From Sodaliphilus sp. (lineage in GTDB: Bacteria; Bacteroidota; Bacteroidia; Bacteroidales; Muribaculaceae), in NCBI GenBank assembly GCA_045112115.1, contig JBGUHM010000047.1:1-47162 (forward strand): a DNA stretch of 47,162 bases. The letters run 5' to 3'. The notes below the pieces were generated by a model. The model was not told the origin of the DNA. It searched no databases and saw only the letters and a program-made list of their open reading frames with translations. This document shows, in pieces, positions 27,081-38,329 of the stretch (position 1 is the stretch's first letter; each line of letters begins with the position of its first letter). The translations under genes were made by a program, and so were the position numbers.

Positions 27081-29270
27081 TTATTTCTGTTTTTCAGTGT
27101 CTTCTGTCTCTTTGATGTAAGTCCTTGTTTTCTTACCGTCCTCATCCATGTCGACAACCAGAGTGACACCGGTCTTGTCCTCGTTCTGAAGCAGTAATTC
27201 GCTCAACGGGTCTTCAATGTTGGCCTGAATGGAACGCTTGAGCGGGCGTGCGCCAAACTGCGGGTCGAAGCCCTCTTTGGCGACAAACTCACGTGTCTTG
27301 TCGGTGATTTCGAGTTTGTAACCTAATTGATCGACACGCTTGAAGAACTGAGCAAGCTCGATATCGATGATTTTGAGGATATCGTCGTGACCAAGCGAGG
27401 CGAAAATCACGATATCGTCGATACGATTCAGGAATTCGGGCGAGAATGTTCGGTTGAGCGCTTTGCGAATAACCGACTCGGCCCGTTCCTTGGTGATGAC
27501 GGAGGTGTTGAATCCCACACCGCCGCCGAACTCCTTCAAGTCGCGTGTTCCGATGTTGCTCGTCATTATGATGATTGTGTTCTTGAAGTCGACAGTGCGG
27601 CCCAAACTGTCGGTGAGTCGGCCTTCGTCAAGCACTTGCAGCAGCATGTTGAACACATCGGGGTGAGCTTTCTCGATCTCGTCGAACAAAACGACGGAGT
27701 AGGGACGACGACGCACCTTTTCGGTGAGTTGTCCGCCTTCCTCGTAACCTACATAACCCGGAGGTGCCCCGATGAGTCTTGACACTGCGTATTTTTCCAT
27801 GTATTCACTCATGTCGATGCGAATCAGTGCGTCGGGAGAGTGGAAAAGAAACTCTGCCAACCGTTTGGCCAGCAATGTTTTTCCAACTCCGGTAGAGCCT
27901 AAGAACATAAACGAACCGATAGGCCGGTTAGGGTCTTTCAGACCTACTCGATTTCGTCGAATAGCACGTGCGATTTTATCGATGGCCTCGTCCTGACCAA
28001 TGATTTGTTTCTTTAATTCATCGGTCATACCCAGAAGCCTCAGACCTTCGGCTTGTGCAATGCGCTGTACCGGGACACGCGTGATCATCGCCACCACTTG
28101 TGCGATATCGTTCTCATCGACGACCTCACGAGTCGTGTCGAGCGACTGCTCCCATTTTTCTTTCATGTCATTGAGCTCGAGCTTGAGCCGTTCCTGCTGG
28201 TCACGGTAGCCGGCGGCGCTCTCGAAGTTCTGGTCTTGCACGGCCTTGAGCTTGTTTTCTTGGGCTTGAGCTATCTGCTTCTCGAGGTCCTCGATTTCTT
28301 TGGGTACCACCACTTTTGAAATATGCACACGTGACCCTGCCTCGTCAAGAGCGTCGATGGCTTTGTCGGGGAAGGCTCGGTCGGTTATATAACGGTCTGT
28401 CAAATTGACACATGCGCGAAGAGCCTCGTCGGTATACATCACACCGTGATGCTTCTCGTAGGTCGATTTGATGTTCTGAAGAATCTCCAACGTCTCCTCA
28501 GGTGTAGTTGGGTCGACGATGATTTTCTGGAACCGGCGTTCAAGAGCTCCGTCCTTTTCGATGTTTTTGCGATACTCGTCGAGAGTGGTGGCACCGATGC
28601 ACTGCAGTTCGCCGCGGGCCAGCGCCGGTTTGAGCAGATTGGCGGCATCCATCGAGCCACTGGAGTTGCCCGCACCCACAATGTTGTGGATCTCATCGAT
28701 AAAGAGGATGATGTTCTTATTGTTGCTCACCTCATCGACGACAGACTTGATTCGTTCCTCAAACTGTCCGCGGTATTTCGTTCCTGCCACTACAGCCGCC
28801 ATGTCGAGCGACACAATACGTTTGTCAAACAGCACACGTGCCACTTTGCGTTGCACGATTCGCATAGCCAGCCCCTCGACAATCGCAGACTTACCGACGC
28901 CGGGCTCACCGATGAGCACCGGGTTGTTTTTCTTACGTCGGCTGAGAATCTGAGCCAGGCGCTCAATTTCGCTTGCACGGCCCACCACAGGGTCGAGCTC
29001 GCCGTTGAGAGCCTGCTTGGTGATGTCTTTCCCGTATTTGTCGAGTGCGGGTGTCGCATTGTCATTATGACTGCCATTTCGGCGCTGCGAACGCTTTTCG
29101 CCGCCTTGATTCCCGCCCTGCTGGTCACGGTTGTCGTCGAGCAGGTCGTCATCGTCATCGTCTCCGAAGTCGGCACCTGCAGTAGGGGTGGACCACGTTC
29201 GCAGTCGCTCGTCAAAAGATGGACTTATATTTTCTTGCGACGTATTGGTCGCCATTTCTTTAAGTTTCAT
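27081..29270 (-). CDS. ClpC/ClpA-like double-AAA+ chaperone lacking the Clp_N domain, with an acidic/G-Q-rich disordered N-terminus
   Basis: Two Walker A motifs are present ([16 protein letters not shown]). A short UVR-like M-domain sits between D1 and D2. The first ~75 aa are low-complexity ([24 protein letters not shown]). Confidence 0.85.
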   Translation of the reverse strand: MKLKEMATNTSQENISPSFDERLRTWSTPTAGADFGDDDDDDLLDDNRDQQGGNQGGEKRSQRRNGSHNDNATPALDKYGKDITKQALNGELDPVVGRASEIERLAQILSRRKKNNPVLIGEPGVGKSAIVEGLAMRIVQRKVARVLFDKRIVSLDMAAVVAGTKYRGQFEERIKSVVDEVSNNKNIILFIDEIHNIVGAGNSSGSMDAANLLKPALARGELQCIGATTLDEYRKNIEKDGALERRFQKIIVDPTTPEETLEILQNIKSTYEKHHGVMYTDEALRACVNLTDRYITDRAFPDKAIDALDEAGSRVHISKVVVPKEIEDLEKQIAQAQENKLKAVQDQNFESAAGYRDQQERLKLELNDMKEKWEQSLDTTREVVDENDIAQVVAMITRVPVQRIAQAEGLRLLGMTDELKKQIIGQDEAIDKIARAIRRNRVGLKDPNRPIGSFMFLGSTGVGKTLLAKRLAEFLFHSPDALIRIDMSEYMEKYAVSRLIGAPPGYVGYEEGGQLTEKVRRRPYSVVLFDEIEKAHPDVFNMLLQVLDEGRLTDSLGRTVDFKNTIIIMTSNIGTRDLKEFGGGVGFNTSVITKERAESVIRKALNRTFSPEFLNRIDDIVIFASLGHDDILKIIDIELAQFFKRVDQLGYKLEITDKTREFVAKEGFDPQFGARPLKRSIQANIEDPLSELLLQNEDKTGVTLVVDMDEDGKKTRTYIKETEDTEKQK

Positions 29271-29591
29271 TATTATAATGTTGAGTGAATAAAAAATCTA
29301 AAAAAGTGATGTCTATGCTGCCGCTGGCTTAAACTTTTGCACTGCTTAATCGTCAAAAGCGACAAAAAACAAGTGCCGAAAAGTGGTTTTAATACCGTCT
29401 GGCGGCAGTAAAATAGCAATAATTGTGCCAACTTATCAACAGAAACGCAAATTTCTTTATTTAAATTACGTGTCATTCGAAAAAATGTTGTAATTTTGCT
29501 TGTTAATTTATAACGGTTGTACTGTGAGGAGGGTCGAAGTTTAGACCGATTTGCATGCAGCTCATGTATAAACTAAAAACAAAATTATTAA

Positions 29592-32165
29592 ATGATGAAC
29601 AACGATCGAATTATTGAGATCAATATCGAAAACGAAATGCGGACCAGTTACATCGACTATTCGATGTCGGTCATCGTTTCTCGAGCGCTGCCCGATGTGC
29701 GCGACGGTTTCAAGCCTGTCCACCGGCGAGTGCTCTTCGGTATGGAAAAACTCGGTAACTTTTCAAACGCTCCCTACAAAAAGAGCGCTCGCATCGTGGG
29801 TGATGTGTTAGGTAAATACCATCCCCACGGCGACTCCTCGGTCTATTTCGCAATGGCACGCCTGGCACAAGATTGGGCAATGCGCTACACTTTGGTCGAC
29901 GGACAGGGCAACTATGGCTCGGTCGACGGCGACAAGCCCGCTGCAATGCGTTACACCGAGGCCCGTCTCGCCAAGATGGGCGAGGAAATGATGCGCGACA
30001 TGGACAAGGACACAGTGGACTTCGAGCCCAACTTCGACAACTCGCTCGAGGAACCGACTGTACTGCCCACTCGTTTTCCAAATCTGCTGGTTAACGGTGC
30101 CTCCGGAATCGCGGTGGGTATGGCCACCAACATGGCTCCGCACAACCTTACAGAGTCGATCAACGCCTGCCTGGCATTGCTTGAGAACCCCGAAATCGAC
30201 ATCGAAGGCTTGATGCATTACATTAAGGCCCCCGATTTCCCCACAGGAGGTATCATCCATGGTTACCAAGGTGTGAAAGAGGCGTTCGAAACTGGCAAGG
30301 GCCGCATCGTAATCCGCGCCAAAGTGGAGATTGAGACTGAAAACGGACACGATAAACTCGTCGTGACCGAGATTCCTTACAACGTTAACCGCCGTGAACT
30401 CATTGAATATATAGCACGTTTGGTCGAGGACAAACGCATCGACGGCATCTCCAACATCAACGACGAGAGCGACCGTCAGGGTATGCGTATTGTCATCGAT
30501 GTCAAAAAAGACGCCAACGCTAATGTGCTGCTCAACAAACTCTATAAACTCTCGGAGCTGCAGTCGTCGTTCAGCGTCAACAATGTATGTCTGGTAAACG
30601 GACGTCCGCAACTGGTCAACCTTAAAGAGTTGCTGCAGCACTTCCTGGACCATCGTCATGAGGTAGTGATACGCCGCACTCGTTTCGACCTGAAGAAGGC
30701 GAAAGAGCGGGCACACATTGTCGAGGGTTTGATTATTGCCAGCGACAACATCGACGAGGTGATAAAGATTATACGTGGCAGCAAGACGACAGAGGAGGCC
30801 CGTCAGCTTTTGAGCGAACGTTTCGACCTCGACGACCTTCAGACACGCGCCATCGTGGAGATGCGCCTGCGTCAGCTCACCAACCTTGAGCAGGACAAAC
30901 TTCATGCCGAGTTGGAAGAACTGATGAAGACCATCGCCGACCTTGAGGAAATCCTGAACAATCCTGTGAGATGCCGCGAGGTTATTGAGGAAGAACTGAT
31001 TGAGGTGCGTGACAAGTTTGGCGACGAGCGCCGCACTGAAATCGAATATGCCGCCGAGGAGATGAACGCCGAGGACTTCTATCCCGACGACCCGATGATT
31101 ATCACCATCTCGCACTTCGGCTACATCAAGCGCACACCGTTGAGTGAATACCGCACTCAGAACCGCGGTGGAGTTGGCGCTAAGGGAAGTGACACTCGCG
31201 ACGAGGACTTCATCGAATATGTCTACGAAGCCACCAACCACAATTATATGTTGTTCTTTACAGCATTGGGACGTTGCTACTGGCTCCGCGTGTTCGAGAT
31301 TCCCGAAGGCACCAAGAACAGCAAGGGCCGTGCAATCCAGAATCTGCTGAACCTTGGTCCGGAGAACCGCATTTACGCGTTCATCCGCGCCACGAAGCTG
31401 CGTGATCCGGAATACAACCAGAACCACTACATCGTATTCGCCACCAAGAACGCTATTATCAAGCGCACACGACTGAGTGAGTTCTCTCGTCCACGCCGCG
31501 ACGGTGTAAGGGCCCTCAACATTCGTGACGACGACCAACTTATCGGCGCCATCCTCACTGAGGGCGACAGCGAAATCATACTCGCCAACCGCAATGGTCG
31601 TGCCATCCGCTTCCCGGAAACCAAAGTTCGTTCGATGGGCCGCACGGCTACCGGTGTCAAGGGTATGACACTCGACGGTGACGGTGACGAGGTGGTAGGA
31701 ATGATCTGCATGCGCAGCAACGCCAAGGACGATGTGCTCGTGGTGTCGGAGAAGGGAATGGGTAAACGCTCGAAACTCGAAGACTACCGCGTTACCAACC
31801 GCGGCGGCAAGGGCGTGAAAACCATCAACATCACCGAACGCACGGGTAAACTGATCTCAATCAGAAACGTCAACGACGACAATGACTTGGTGATTATCAA
31901 CAAGAGCGGTATCATGATTCGCCTGCGCGTGAGCGAACTGCGTTTGGTCGGTCGCGCTACCCAGGGTGTGCGACTCATCAACCTCGACAAGAAAGGCGAC
32001 GAAATCGCATCGGTTTGTAAAGTAACCACCGCACCCGAGGCCGTGGAGGATGACGCCCCCAGTCTCTTCAGTACTGACGAAATGACTGGCGAGCCTTTGG
32101 CATCAAATTTGCCTGATGCAAACGAAGTTGACAACGAAATTGAAGAAAACGAAGAAAATCAATAA
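29592..32165 (+). CDS. gyrA: DNA gyrase subunit A
   Basis: An 857-aa protein. The quinolone-resistance region AMRYTEARL is present, along with beta-pinwheel repeats and an acidic tail. Confidence 0.95.
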   Translation: MMNNDRIIEINIENEMRTSYIDYSMSVIVSRALPDVRDGFKPVHRRVLFGMEKLGNFSNAPYKKSARIVGDVLGKYHPHGDSSVYFAMARLAQDWAMRYTLVDGQGNYGSVDGDKPAAMRYTEARLAKMGEEMMRDMDKDTVDFEPNFDNSLEEPTVLPTRFPNLLVNGASGIAVGMATNMAPHNLTESINACLALLENPEIDIEGLMHYIKAPDFPTGGIIHGYQGVKEAFETGKGRIVIRAKVEIETENGHDKLVVTEIPYNVNRRELIEYIARLVEDKRIDGISNINDESDRQGMRIVIDVKKDANANVLLNKLYKLSELQSSFSVNNVCLVNGRPQLVNLKELLQHFLDHRHEVVIRRTRFDLKKAKERAHIVEGLIIASDNIDEVIKIIRGSKTTEEARQLLSERFDLDDLQTRAIVEMRLRQLTNLEQDKLHAELEELMKTIADLEEILNNPVRCREVIEEELIEVRDKFGDERRTEIEYAAEEMNAEDFYPDDPMIITISHFGYIKRTPLSEYRTQNRGGVGAKGSDTRDEDFIEYVYEATNHNYMLFFTALGRCYWLRVFEIPEGTKNSKGRAIQNLLNLGPENRIYAFIRATKLRDPEYNQNHYIVFATKNAIIKRTRLSEFSRPRRDGVRALNIRDDDQLIGAILTEGDSEIILANRNGRAIRFPETKVRSMGRTATGVKGMTLDGDGDEVVGMICMRSNAKDDVLVVSEKGMGKRSKLEDYRVTNRGGKGVKTINITERTGKLISIRNVNDDNDLVIINKSGIMIRLRVSELRLVGRATQGVRLINLDKKGDEIASVCKVTTAPEAVEDDAPSLFSTDEMTGEPLASNLPDANEVDNEIEENEENQ

Positions 32166-32198
32166 CAGTAATAACATTATTAATTAGAAATTCCAATC

Positions 32199-33236
32199 AT
32201 GAAAAAGTCTATCATGTTTTTAGCCTGCGCAGCTGTGATGTCGGTTTCGGCATTCGCACAGAGCGACGACCTTTTCAACCAAGGTAAGGCTATGTTCGAC
32301 AAGTTCGATGACCTCTACAAGAAGGCCATTATCGACCAAGAGGCCGGTGCCGCTACGCTGAATGAGCGCAGTACTGCTCTCATGCAAGGTTTCGACCTGC
32401 TGCAACAGGCTCTCAAAGCCGACACTGTTCCTGAGATCGACAAGAAGACCGGTCAACCCAAACTTGACAAGAACGGCAACGTAAAGGTTAAGACCAAGAA
32501 CTCGTCGAAGATTGTTACCATGCTCAGCGAGCACTTCAACGACATCGGCGGTATTGGCGACAATGCCCTCAACGCCCACAACTACGACCTGGCTTACCGC
32601 GCCTACAAGGCATACGCCGATCTGGCTGACGCTCCGTTCGCCAAGAAAGCCAATATCAGCATGCCTGATACCGTGAAGGGTCTTGTGCGTTTCCTCGAAA
32701 CTGTTTCGGCTTATGAGGTGAAGAAATACGATGTCGCTTTTGAGGCAGTCAACCAGGCCATCGCACTGAACTATCAGGAGAAGGAACCTCAGTTGATTAC
32801 TTACTACAACGCATGTATGAGCACTATGGTTCAGCCTTTGGTTGACGAAAAGAAGTATGACGAAGCCCTCACTCTGATCGATGGCGCTATCGCCAAGTTG
32901 CCCAACGATCCTCATCTGTTGCTTCTCAAGGGCTCGGTAATCGAGAACAAGAGCGGAAGTGAGGAGGCAATGAATTTCTATCACAGAATCAGCGAGCTCG
33001 ACCCCAACAATATCTACGGTTATTTCCACGAGGGCCGCTGCATCTATGAGAAAGCCATCAAGGAGATCAACGACAATCCTACCGCATCGTCGGCCGCTCT
33101 CGGCAAACTCGTTGGCGACAAGCTCGCCAAGTCGCGTGAACTCTTCATCAAGGCTCGTGACCTCGACCTCGAGAAGACCACCAACGCTCAAGAGTATATC
33201 GACGACATTGATTACAAACTGAATATGTACAAATAA
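32199..33236 (+). CDS. secreted TPR-like helical repeat protein downstream of gyrA
   Basis: A signal peptide is present. The protein is of helical-repeat composition and is paralogous to the next gene. Confidence 0.65.
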   Translation: MKKSIMFLACAAVMSVSAFAQSDDLFNQGKAMFDKFDDLYKKAIIDQEAGAATLNERSTALMQGFDLLQQALKADTVPEIDKKTGQPKLDKNGNVKVKTKNSSKIVTMLSEHFNDIGGIGDNALNAHNYDLAYRAYKAYADLADAPFAKKANISMPDTVKGLVRFLETVSAYEVKKYDVAFEAVNQAIALNYQEKEPQLITYYNACMSTMVQPLVDEKKYDEALTLIDGAIAKLPNDPHLLLLKGSVIENKSGSEEAMNFYHRISELDPNNIYGYFHEGRCIYEKAIKEINDNPTASSAALGKLVGDKLAKSRELFIKARDLDLEKTTNAQEYIDDIDYKLNMYK

Positions 33237-33347
33237 GAACTCGCCATTGAGTTTTTGAACTGAATAAAATGCACTGTGCGGGTGACTGATTCGATAATTG
33301 GTTATTCGCACAGTGTCATTTAAAAACAGGATATAATAATCCGTCGA

Positions 33348-34577
33348 TTGACGGGAATAAGCATGCCGATGAGCAGACTGTTAGCTATATTTTTATTTTT
33401 CTCTTTGTGCTGGACGATGACAATCGCTCAGCAACGTCTTGTAAATGAGGTAAAAAAAGACATTGAGTCGCAAAATATGACCGTCGAAAAGTATAAGGCC
33501 GCAAAGAAAAAACTGGCAGCAGCTCTAAGCAACGACGATACTAAACAAAAAGCCGAGACATGGTGGGTAGCGGCCGAAATCGACCTTTGCATCTATGATA
33601 AAGCGATGTCAATGAGATCGATAGGCAAGAAAGTTGACTCAAAAGAGGTTGGACACTCACTGATTGACGGCTATGAGAATATGATGCATTCGCTACGTCT
33701 TGATACGGTATATCAGAAGGATAGGGTAGGGAATATCAAAAAGAACAAGAACGGAACACCCCGTTTCACCACCAAATACAGCAAGCGTATAATGAAAAAC
33801 CTGTATGGGCGTATTATCGATTTCAGCGCAGCCGGGGGAGAACTGTTCATAGCCAGCGACTGGGAAGGGGCATATAAAGCGTGGGATATCTACTGCAATC
33901 TGGCCACAGCTCCAGTTGCGGCACAATACAAGGTTAACGAACCCGACTCGGTGTTGGGGTATTATCGTTATTATCAAGGACTGGCTGCGCACCAGAATCA
34001 AAAATATGCCGACGCCATGGCCCAGTTCGGCAAGGCGCAATCGCTGGGTTACGTCAAAAAAGGAATGTACGACACATGGATTGAGGCTGCATCTAAACTA
34101 CAGGACACAACCGAAATGGTCGCAGTGGCAGCTGTTGCCAACGACCGCTTCGGCAACCGCACGACGCAATATCTGCGCATACTCATCAACGACTGTCTTG
34201 GACGGAAAGACTATATAAAAGCGGCATCGTTGCTTAATGTGGCGCTCGAGAAAGACTCGGAAAATGCGGAGTATTACGACCTAATGGGACAGATAGTTGA
34301 GCGTGTGAATAATATTAACGATGCGCTGCCTTATTACCAGAAGGCAGTTGACATCGACCCGAGCTACGCTCTTGGCCAGTTCAACCTGGGCAACGCCCTC
34401 TACCGTAAGACCCAATTAATGGACAATCTAACAGATGAGAATGCCCGAGAGATGTACACTCAGGCAATGGGGCATGTCGAGAAGGCCTATCAGTTGGGCT
34501 TGAAAAGCGAGGAAGTAAAATTGGTGCTGTCGCGTCTCTACTACCTTCTTGGCAGCGACAAAATCGACAGTCTATAA
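33348..34577 (+). CDS. TPR-like repeat protein, paralog of 32199..33236
   Basis: It shows shared architecture and sequence blocks with the previous protein; the C-terminal TPR motifs read ALGQFNLGNALYRKTQ. Confidence 0.65.
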   Translation: MTGISMPMSRLLAIFLFFSLCWTMTIAQQRLVNEVKKDIESQNMTVEKYKAAKKKLAAALSNDDTKQKAETWWVAAEIDLCIYDKAMSMRSIGKKVDSKEVGHSLIDGYENMMHSLRLDTVYQKDRVGNIKKNKNGTPRFTTKYSKRIMKNLYGRIIDFSAAGGELFIASDWEGAYKAWDIYCNLATAPVAAQYKVNEPDSVLGYYRYYQGLAAHQNQKYADAMAQFGKAQSLGYVKKGMYDTWIEAASKLQDTTEMVAVAAVANDRFGNRTTQYLRILINDCLGRKDYIKAASLLNVALEKDSENAEYYDLMGQIVERVNNINDALPYYQKAVDIDPSYALGQFNLGNALYRKTQLMDNLTDENAREMYTQAMGHVEKAYQLGLKSEEVKLVLSRLYYLLGSDKIDSL

Positions 34578-34597
34578 TATATATAGGTGTAACGTTT

Positions 34598-36814
34598 ATG
34601 GCATATTTCAACGAAAAAGAAGCAATACAGTTGAAACGTCTCTCTCGACGTCTCACACATCGGCTTGCCGGCTCAGTCACAGCGCATGATTTCACATTGG
34701 TGAGGAAACTTATTACCGATGGTGTTGAGCGGGGGTGCTATAACCGCGATAAATACGGCATCAATCCAGTGATACGTTCGCTTCGCACCGCCATTACACT
34801 GGCCGAGGAGATTGCCCCCGACCGCAATATGACCATAACCATACTCCTCTACAACTTGTGTAAGGCCGGAAAGAGCCTTTCGCTCGATGACGTGAAGCGT
34901 CTTTTCGGTAACGATATAGAGCGGCTGGTGAGAGGTATGCTCAAAGTGGCACAATTATATACCAAGCAGGCCAGTGTCGAGGACGACAATTTCCACAAAC
35001 TGCTTATTTCGCTGGCCGAGGATTTGCGGGTAGTCATCATTATGATTGTGGACCGCCTGGCGTTGATGAAGGAAATAAACGGCCATCACGATGAGAAATT
35101 TGTGCGTGACATCTCTCTTGAGTCGAGGTACCTATACGCTCCTTTGGCACATCGCCTCGGTCTGTACAAGATAAAGAGCGAACTTGAAGACTTGTCGCTG
35201 AAATATCTCAACCGCAAGGTGTACAACCAGATTGCAGAGAAACTGCATGAGACTAAGCAGGGACGTGACAGATATGTCAACGACTTTGCAATGCGAATTC
35301 GTGAAGCACTTGAGAAAAGCGGAATGAAATTCGAAATCAAGGGCCGCACGAAGTCGATAAGCTCAATCTGGAACAAGATGAAGAACAAGGACGTGGACCT
35401 CAACGGCGTTTACGATTTGTTCGCAATCAGAATCATCATCGACACCGACAAAGCCAATGAGAAAAAGGATTGTTGGATAGCTTATTCCATTGTCACCGAT
35501 ATATATACAGCCAACGTGTCGCGTTTGCGCGACTGGATTTCCATCCCCAAGAGCAACGGCTACGAGTCGCTTCATATAACGGTGAAAGGCCCTGAAGACA
35601 AGTGGGTTGAGGTTCAGATACGTTCCAAACGCATGGACGAGGTGGCCGAGCGCGGACTGGCAGCACACTGGAAATACAAAGGTGTGAAAAGTGACGCGGA
35701 GGCCGACCGCTGGATGAATAACGTAAGGGAAGTGTTGGAAGCTGGCGATCGCGGACCGATGGATATGATTCGCGATATGAACATCAACCTATACGAGAAA
35801 GAGGTGTTTGTGTTCACTCCTAAGGGCGATTTGTTCAAATTGCCTCAGGGCGCAACCTTGCTCGACTTCGCTTTCCATATTCATTCGCGATTAGGTAGCC
35901 AGTGCATAGGGGGTAGGGTAGACGGGAAAAACCAGAAACTGAACTATCGGCTCAAAAGCGGCGACACAGTGGAAATCCTTACGTCCTCAACGCAGACTCC
36001 ACGTCTCGACTGGCTCAATCTTGTGGTCACCAGCAAGGCCCGCAACAAAATCAAGCAGGCCGTGAATGAAGCGCGCAACAAGAAAGCCGACATAGCGCGC
36101 GAGCTGATACAGCGGCGTTTCAAGAACCGGAAGGTTGAACTCGAAGATGCTGTGATGGCTAAGGTCATTGCCAAGAGAGGATATAAGAACACCATCGATT
36201 TTTATGTTGATGTTGAAGAAGGTAAGATTGAGGCCACACAGGTTCTTGACGATTATCAGGCTATTTCGCAGCACCTCGCCGACATCTCGGCGGGAAAGTT
36301 GACCAGCCACGAGACGGCCGAGAAATTTGTCTTGCAGCATCATGCTGACCGACACGAGTCGTCTTCCGACGATATACTCGTTATAGGCAACAATGTCAAG
36401 GGCATTAATTACAAGCTGTCGAAATGCTGTAATCCTATCTATGGCGATAAGATAGTAGGTTTTATCGCCAGCGACGGAGCCATAAAGATTCACCGTAGCG
36501 ACTGCGGCAATGTTCGGCATATGATGGAAAGATATCCCTACAGATTCATTAAGACACAATGGAGTGGCAAACTCGGAAAGCAGTTCGCCGCCACAATCAA
36601 AGTTGTGGGCAGAGACGATATCGGTATTGTGTCGAACATCACTTCGGTAATAAATCGCGATGGCGATACCGTATTGAGAAATATTACAATCAACAGCAAT
36701 GGTGGTCTGTTTGAGGGGTACCTTGTGATAGGCATCAACAGTCTGGATGATCTTGATATGCTGATGAAGAAAATCCGGAACCTGAAGGGCGTGAAAGATG
36801 TGCAGAGATCCTGA
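34598..36814 (+). CDS. bifunctional (p)ppGpp synthetase/hydrolase, RelA/SpoT family
   Basis: A 738-aa protein with HD, synthetase (RelA_SpoT), TGS and ACT domains recognisable. Confidence 0.9.
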   Translation: MAYFNEKEAIQLKRLSRRLTHRLAGSVTAHDFTLVRKLITDGVERGCYNRDKYGINPVIRSLRTAITLAEEIAPDRNMTITILLYNLCKAGKSLSLDDVKRLFGNDIERLVRGMLKVAQLYTKQASVEDDNFHKLLISLAEDLRVVIIMIVDRLALMKEINGHHDEKFVRDISLESRYLYAPLAHRLGLYKIKSELEDLSLKYLNRKVYNQIAEKLHETKQGRDRYVNDFAMRIREALEKSGMKFEIKGRTKSISSIWNKMKNKDVDLNGVYDLFAIRIIIDTDKANEKKDCWIAYSIVTDIYTANVSRLRDWISIPKSNGYESLHITVKGPEDKWVEVQIRSKRMDEVAERGLAAHWKYKGVKSDAEADRWMNNVREVLEAGDRGPMDMIRDMNINLYEKEVFVFTPKGDLFKLPQGATLLDFAFHIHSRLGSQCIGGRVDGKNQKLNYRLKSGDTVEILTSSTQTPRLDWLNLVVTSKARNKIKQAVNEARNKKADIARELIQRRFKNRKVELEDAVMAKVIAKRGYKNTIDFYVDVEEGKIEATQVLDDYQAISQHLADISAGKLTSHETAEKFVLQHHADRHESSSDDILVIGNNVKGINYKLSKCCNPIYGDKIVGFIASDGAIKIHRSDCGNVRHMMERYPYRFIKTQWSGKLGKQFAATIKVVGRDDIGIVSNITSVINRDGDTVLRNITINSNGGLFEGYLVIGINSLDDLDMLMKKIRNLKGVKDVQRS

Positions 36815-36912
36815 ATAGTCAGTTAAAAGTAAAAAACTACTATTTTATAACGAAAAGGCACTAATTTATAATATATCTGCTGTTTTTTGTTGACAGAAAG
36901 CCGCATAGGTTG

Positions 36913-36920
36913 TAACTTTG
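36913..36920 (+). promoter_or_regulatory. TAnnTTTG -7 box (TAACTTTG) upstream of the MORN-repeat gene
   Basis: The motif sits 58 nt before the ATG at 36978. Confidence 0.35.
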
Positions 36921-36977
36921 CAGTGGTATTTAACGGAAGTGAATCACTAATTTAACAAAACATAAAACGAAACGGAC

Positions 36978-38033
36978 ATGAGAAAAATTCAATTCAAAGC
37001 TTTATTGGCGATCCTTACCATAGCAATGGCTTTACCCGCTTTTGTTGGTGCGGCGAACAAAGAAACCATGTACTACGATGAGGATGGTTATGTAGTGCAG
37101 AACAAGGGACAGGCAACGTATTACCGCGAACTCACAAAAAAGGGAAGCAAATATGAGGCTAAAGATTTCTACGTTACTGGCGAGAAATTCTGTTCCGGAA
37201 CAATCGTAATGATTGACTACGACAACTATAATGGCACTAAATGGGACGGAAATATCAAGAAGTATTACCGTTCAGGCGAGTTGTTGTTCGAAGGCAAATA
37301 CCGTATGGGCTATCCTGAGGGTGAGCATTACACATATTTTGAGCGTAAGAACAAGAACGAGAAGGAGTTACGGGTTAAATCGGTAAAGAGATACGACTTG
37401 CAGGGTGAACTCGATGGTCAAGCTGTGTCTTACTATGAAAACGGTAATATCGAGGAGTTGCAAACTTATAAGCACGGACTGGCTGATGGCGAGTATTTAG
37501 CTTATTATGAAGACGGTACGCTTAAGCGTAAAGGTGCTTACCAGAGTGATATGCGTCACGGTAACTTTATAACTTTTTACGAGTCAGGAAAAATGAAGGA
37601 AGTTGGTCGGTTCTACAACGACGAACTCGACGGCCGGATCTTAAACTATTATGAGTCAGGTATTATAAAGTCGGTTTTCAATATGCGTGACGGCGAGTTG
37701 CATGGCGACCGGTTCTTGTATTTTGAGAATGGGCAGCTGAGTGATCGCCAGCACTTCAAAGATGACAAAGCCGATGGCATGTGTGTGTCGTATCATGAGA
37801 ACGGAATGATTGCCATAATTGGCACTTTTAAAAACAATGAGATGAATGGCACGTTCCGTTGGTTTGATGAGAATGGCAAAAAGACCGATGAAGGCAACTA
37901 TGTGAACGGCAAGCGTCAGAACAGTAGCAACAATAACAGCAACAATCTGAGCAATAACCGTAATCGGAATAACAACTCACTCAACATCGACATGCGTCGT
38001 TTGTTCCCAAGTCGTAAGAAAGACAACAAGTAA
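36978..38033 (+). CDS. secreted MORN-repeat (YwqK-like) protein with an N/S-rich C-terminal tail
   Basis: A signal peptide is present. Repeated YYENGxLxxxGxYKxGxxDGxxxxYYExG MORN_2 units follow, then low-complexity NSSNNNSNNLSNNRNRNNN. Confidence 0.8.
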   Translation: MRKIQFKALLAILTIAMALPAFVGAANKETMYYDEDGYVVQNKGQATYYRELTKKGSKYEAKDFYVTGEKFCSGTIVMIDYDNYNGTKWDGNIKKYYRSGELLFEGKYRMGYPEGEHYTYFERKNKNEKELRVKSVKRYDLQGELDGQAVSYYENGNIEELQTYKHGLADGEYLAYYEDGTLKRKGAYQSDMRHGNFITFYESGKMKEVGRFYNDELDGRILNYYESGIIKSVFNMRDGELHGDRFLYFENGQLSDRQHFKDDKADGMCVSYHENGMIAIIGTFKNNEMNGTFRWFDENGKKTDEGNYVNGKRQNSSNNNSNNLSNNRNRNNNSLNIDMRRLFPSRKKDNK

Positions 38034-38045
38034 ATATTTAGTAAG

Positions 38046-38078
38046 TATAGAGGCCTCGGCTGTCAAACGACAGTCGGG
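38046..38078 (+). terminator. rho-independent terminator after the MORN gene
   Basis: cctcggctgtc-aaac-gacagtcgggg followed by ctttttg. Confidence 0.6.
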
Positions 38079-38246
38079 GCTTTTTGTGTGCTGCTGTGGC
38101 AAAGCGTCCATTTGCTCCATAATTTATATTATGTTAAATTGGTTTAATGTGAACTACACTCTACTTTCTTTTGCGAAATCAAAGATGAGAATTGAGATTA
38201 CTTGATATAGAATCTATATATATGTATTTAACTGAACACTTGTTAG

Positions 38247-38325
38247 GATCTGCTCCATCGTTAGCATCTGTATCTTCGTTAGAATCTGTCCCATCGTAAG
38301 CATCTGTACCTTCGCAATCTGTTCC
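38247..38325. repeat. degenerate about 18-bp tandem repeat (ATCTGnnCnTCGnnAGn) x4.5
   Basis: gatctgctccatcgttagc / atctgtatcttcgttaga / atctgtcccatcgtaagc / atctgtaccttcgca / atctgttcc. Confidence 0.6.
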
Positions 38326-38329
38326 TTTA

